Assembly: GCA_964503755.1 (NCBI GenBank)
Contig: CAZDBO010000001.1
Span: 13,933-77,932, forward strand
Source: an uncultured Candidatus Saccharibacteria bacterium
GTDB lineage: Bacteria; Patescibacteriota; Dojkabacteria; JAOAGR01
DNA length: 64,000 bases
Direction of reading: 5' to 3'
Of the stretch, positions 62,615-64,000 are shown piece after piece (position 1 is the stretch's first letter; each line of letters starts with the position of its first letter). The translations under genes were made by a program, and so were the position numbers. A model generated the notes under the pieces. The model saw only the letters and a list, made by a program, of their open reading frames with translations, was not told the origin of the DNA and made no database searches.

Positions 62615-63853
62615 ATGGTCACCATAACTAATATAATTAATGCAAATAATATTCTTTCTAAGGTTGTTAAAAAAACACCTACCGAAAGAATTGAAAGACT
62701 GTCCAATGAAAATACAAATGTTTGGTTTAAAAGAGAAGATCTACAGATTGTAAGGTCTTATAAATTGAGAGGAGCATATAATAAAATTTTTCATCTGTCT
62801 GATGAAGAAAAGGAAAGAGGAGTTGTGTGTGCATCAGCAGGAAATCATGCTCAGGGTGTAGCCTATTCTTGTTATAAAAATAAGATCAATGCAACGATCT
62901 TCATGCCGCAGACTACGCCAAATCAGAAAATCCAACGAGTAAAATTTTTCGGAAAAGAATATGTTGATGTCGTTTTAGAAGGCAATAATTATGATGAGGC
63001 TAGTAAAGCATCTAAAGAATACACAAAAAAACACAATAAAACTTATGTACATCCCTTCGATGATGAATATGTAATTGCAGGACAGGGAACTGTAGGATTG
63101 GAGATTATAAATCAGCTTGATGTAATGCCTGATTATGTTTTTATGCCTATAGGTGGAGGTGGTCTCATAAGCGGTGTAAGTATTGCTCTAAAGTCAATGA
63201 ATCCCAATATCAAAGTAATTGGAGTCGAACCCAGAGGATGTCCGAGTATGTATGAATCCATAAAAGCACAAAAAATTGTTGAGCTTGAACATATAGATAC
63301 ATTTGCGGATGGAGTTGCTGTAAAAAGAGTAGGAGAAAATACTTTTGAAATAGTCAGACAGTATGTAGATGAAATTATACTTGTAGATGAAGGGCATATA
63401 TGTAAAGTAATGGTTGATCTATATCAAAATGAAGGTATAGTGGCGGAGCCTGCAGGTGCAGTATCAGTTGCTGGCTTTGAAGTAATGCAGGATAGATTGC
63501 AAGGAAAAAATGTTGTATGTGTGATCAGTGGTGGAAATAATGACCTTTTGAGATATCAAGAAATAATGGAAAGAAAATTGGTTTGGGAAGGACGAAAAAG
63601 ATATTTCGTTGTACAATTTTCACAGAAACCGGGACAGCTCAGAAAATTCATTGACAACGTATTAGGACCAAATGACGATATTGTACTTTTTGAATATATA
63701 AAGAAAAATAATAAAGAAAAAGGCCCTGTTCTGATAGGGATAGAGTTTGATAGCAGAGAGGCTGCACAGTTGATTGATGAAAAGATGTTAAAGGCTGGGT
63801 TTAATTTTCAAGAGATAAAAAATACAGATTTGATATATAATTTACTCATATGA
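62615..63853 (+). CDS. ilvA: Threonine ammonia-lyase (threonine dehydratase) with one C-terminal ACT-like regulatory domain
   Basis: PLP-lysine motif [11 protein letters not shown], glycine loop GGGGLISG, 412 aa. Confidence 0.8.
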   Translation: MVTITNIINANNILSKVVKKTPTERIERLSNENTNVWFKREDLQIVRSYKLRGAYNKIFHLSDEEKERGVVCASAGNHAQGVAYSCYKNKINATIFMPQTTPNQKIQRVKFFGKEYVDVVLEGNNYDEASKASKEYTKKHNKTYVHPFDDEYVIAGQGTVGLEIINQLDVMPDYVFMPIGGGGLISGVSIALKSMNPNIKVIGVEPRGCPSMYESIKAQKIVELEHIDTFADGVAVKRVGENTFEIVRQYVDEIILVDEGHICKVMVDLYQNEGIVAEPAGAVSVAGFEVMQDRLQGKNVVCVISGGNNDLLRYQEIMERKLVWEGRKRYFVVQFSQKPGQLRKFIDNVLGPNDDIVLFEYIKKNNKEKGPVLIGIEFDSREAAQLIDEKMLKAGFNFQEIKNTDLIYNLLI

Positions 63854-64000
63854 AAGTAATAAATACCTCAAAAGCACCAACGCCTGTAGGACCATATTCA
63901 CAAGCTATAGTTGTTAATAATTTCGTTTTCTGTTCTGGCCAGATAGGGCTAGATCCAAGTACAAATCAGCTTGTGGAAGGATTAGAAAATCAATTTCATC
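63853..64000 (+). CDS. ridA: RidA/YjgF-family reactive-intermediate deaminase (partial; continues beyond the window)
   Basis: [36 protein letters not shown] matches the RidA N-terminus. Start overlaps the ilvA stop (ATGA). Confidence 0.7.

Overview
This is an AT-rich window (roughly 28-30% GC by eye) from a bacterium with a compact, reduced-looking genome. The gene content is consistent with a candidate-phyla-radiation-like or otherwise host-dependent lineage, but no lineage can be assigned from sequence alone. The genetic code appears standard: every housekeeping gene is intact with TGG for Trp, and the few in-frame TGA codons all lie inside decaying genes. Recognisable core genes are recA, mnmA, miaA, a short archaeal-type pyrH, dnaN, radA/sms, thyX, dcd, galE, ilvA plus the start of ridA, an M29 aminopeptidase, an M32 carboxypeptidase, an M20 peptidase, a NUDIX hydrolase, a TM2-domain protein, and a cation P-type ATPase that is frameshifted. 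There are three tRNAs: Gly-CCC, Pro-UGG and Ser-CGA. A cell-surface glycan locus stands out. It comprises the rfbC-rfbD-rfbB-rfbA dTDP-rhamnose operon, a convergent 1034-aa tri-domain glycosyltransferase (GT4-GT4-GT2), and an operon encoding a PfkB kinase, a DAHP/KDO8P-synthase-family enzyme and a class I aldolase. Several very large secreted or anchored proteins carry pectin-lyase-like beta-helix repeats, Pro/Thr linkers, and FN3 or LamG domains. The most unusual feature is a roughly 6.4 kb block (53.1-59.5 kb) between the M20 peptidase and tRNA-Ser that is almost entirely young pseudogenes. It holds a type II restriction-modification pair (MTase plus REase), a sirtuin, a YjjX-like NTPase, an unknown 155-aa gene, and two tandem paralogous membrane-protein genes. 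Each is broken by single in-frame TAA or TGA codons and/or homopolymer frameshifts while otherwise keeping long open frames. A second decayed multi-fragment gene with an HExxH motif sits beside tRNA-Pro. Four separate frameshifts fall in short homopolymer runs, so assembly error versus genuine decay must be checked. Also noted: two 8/9 DnaA-box matches upstream of dnaN, and a GC-rich three-hairpin attenuator-like element upstream of the sugar operon.
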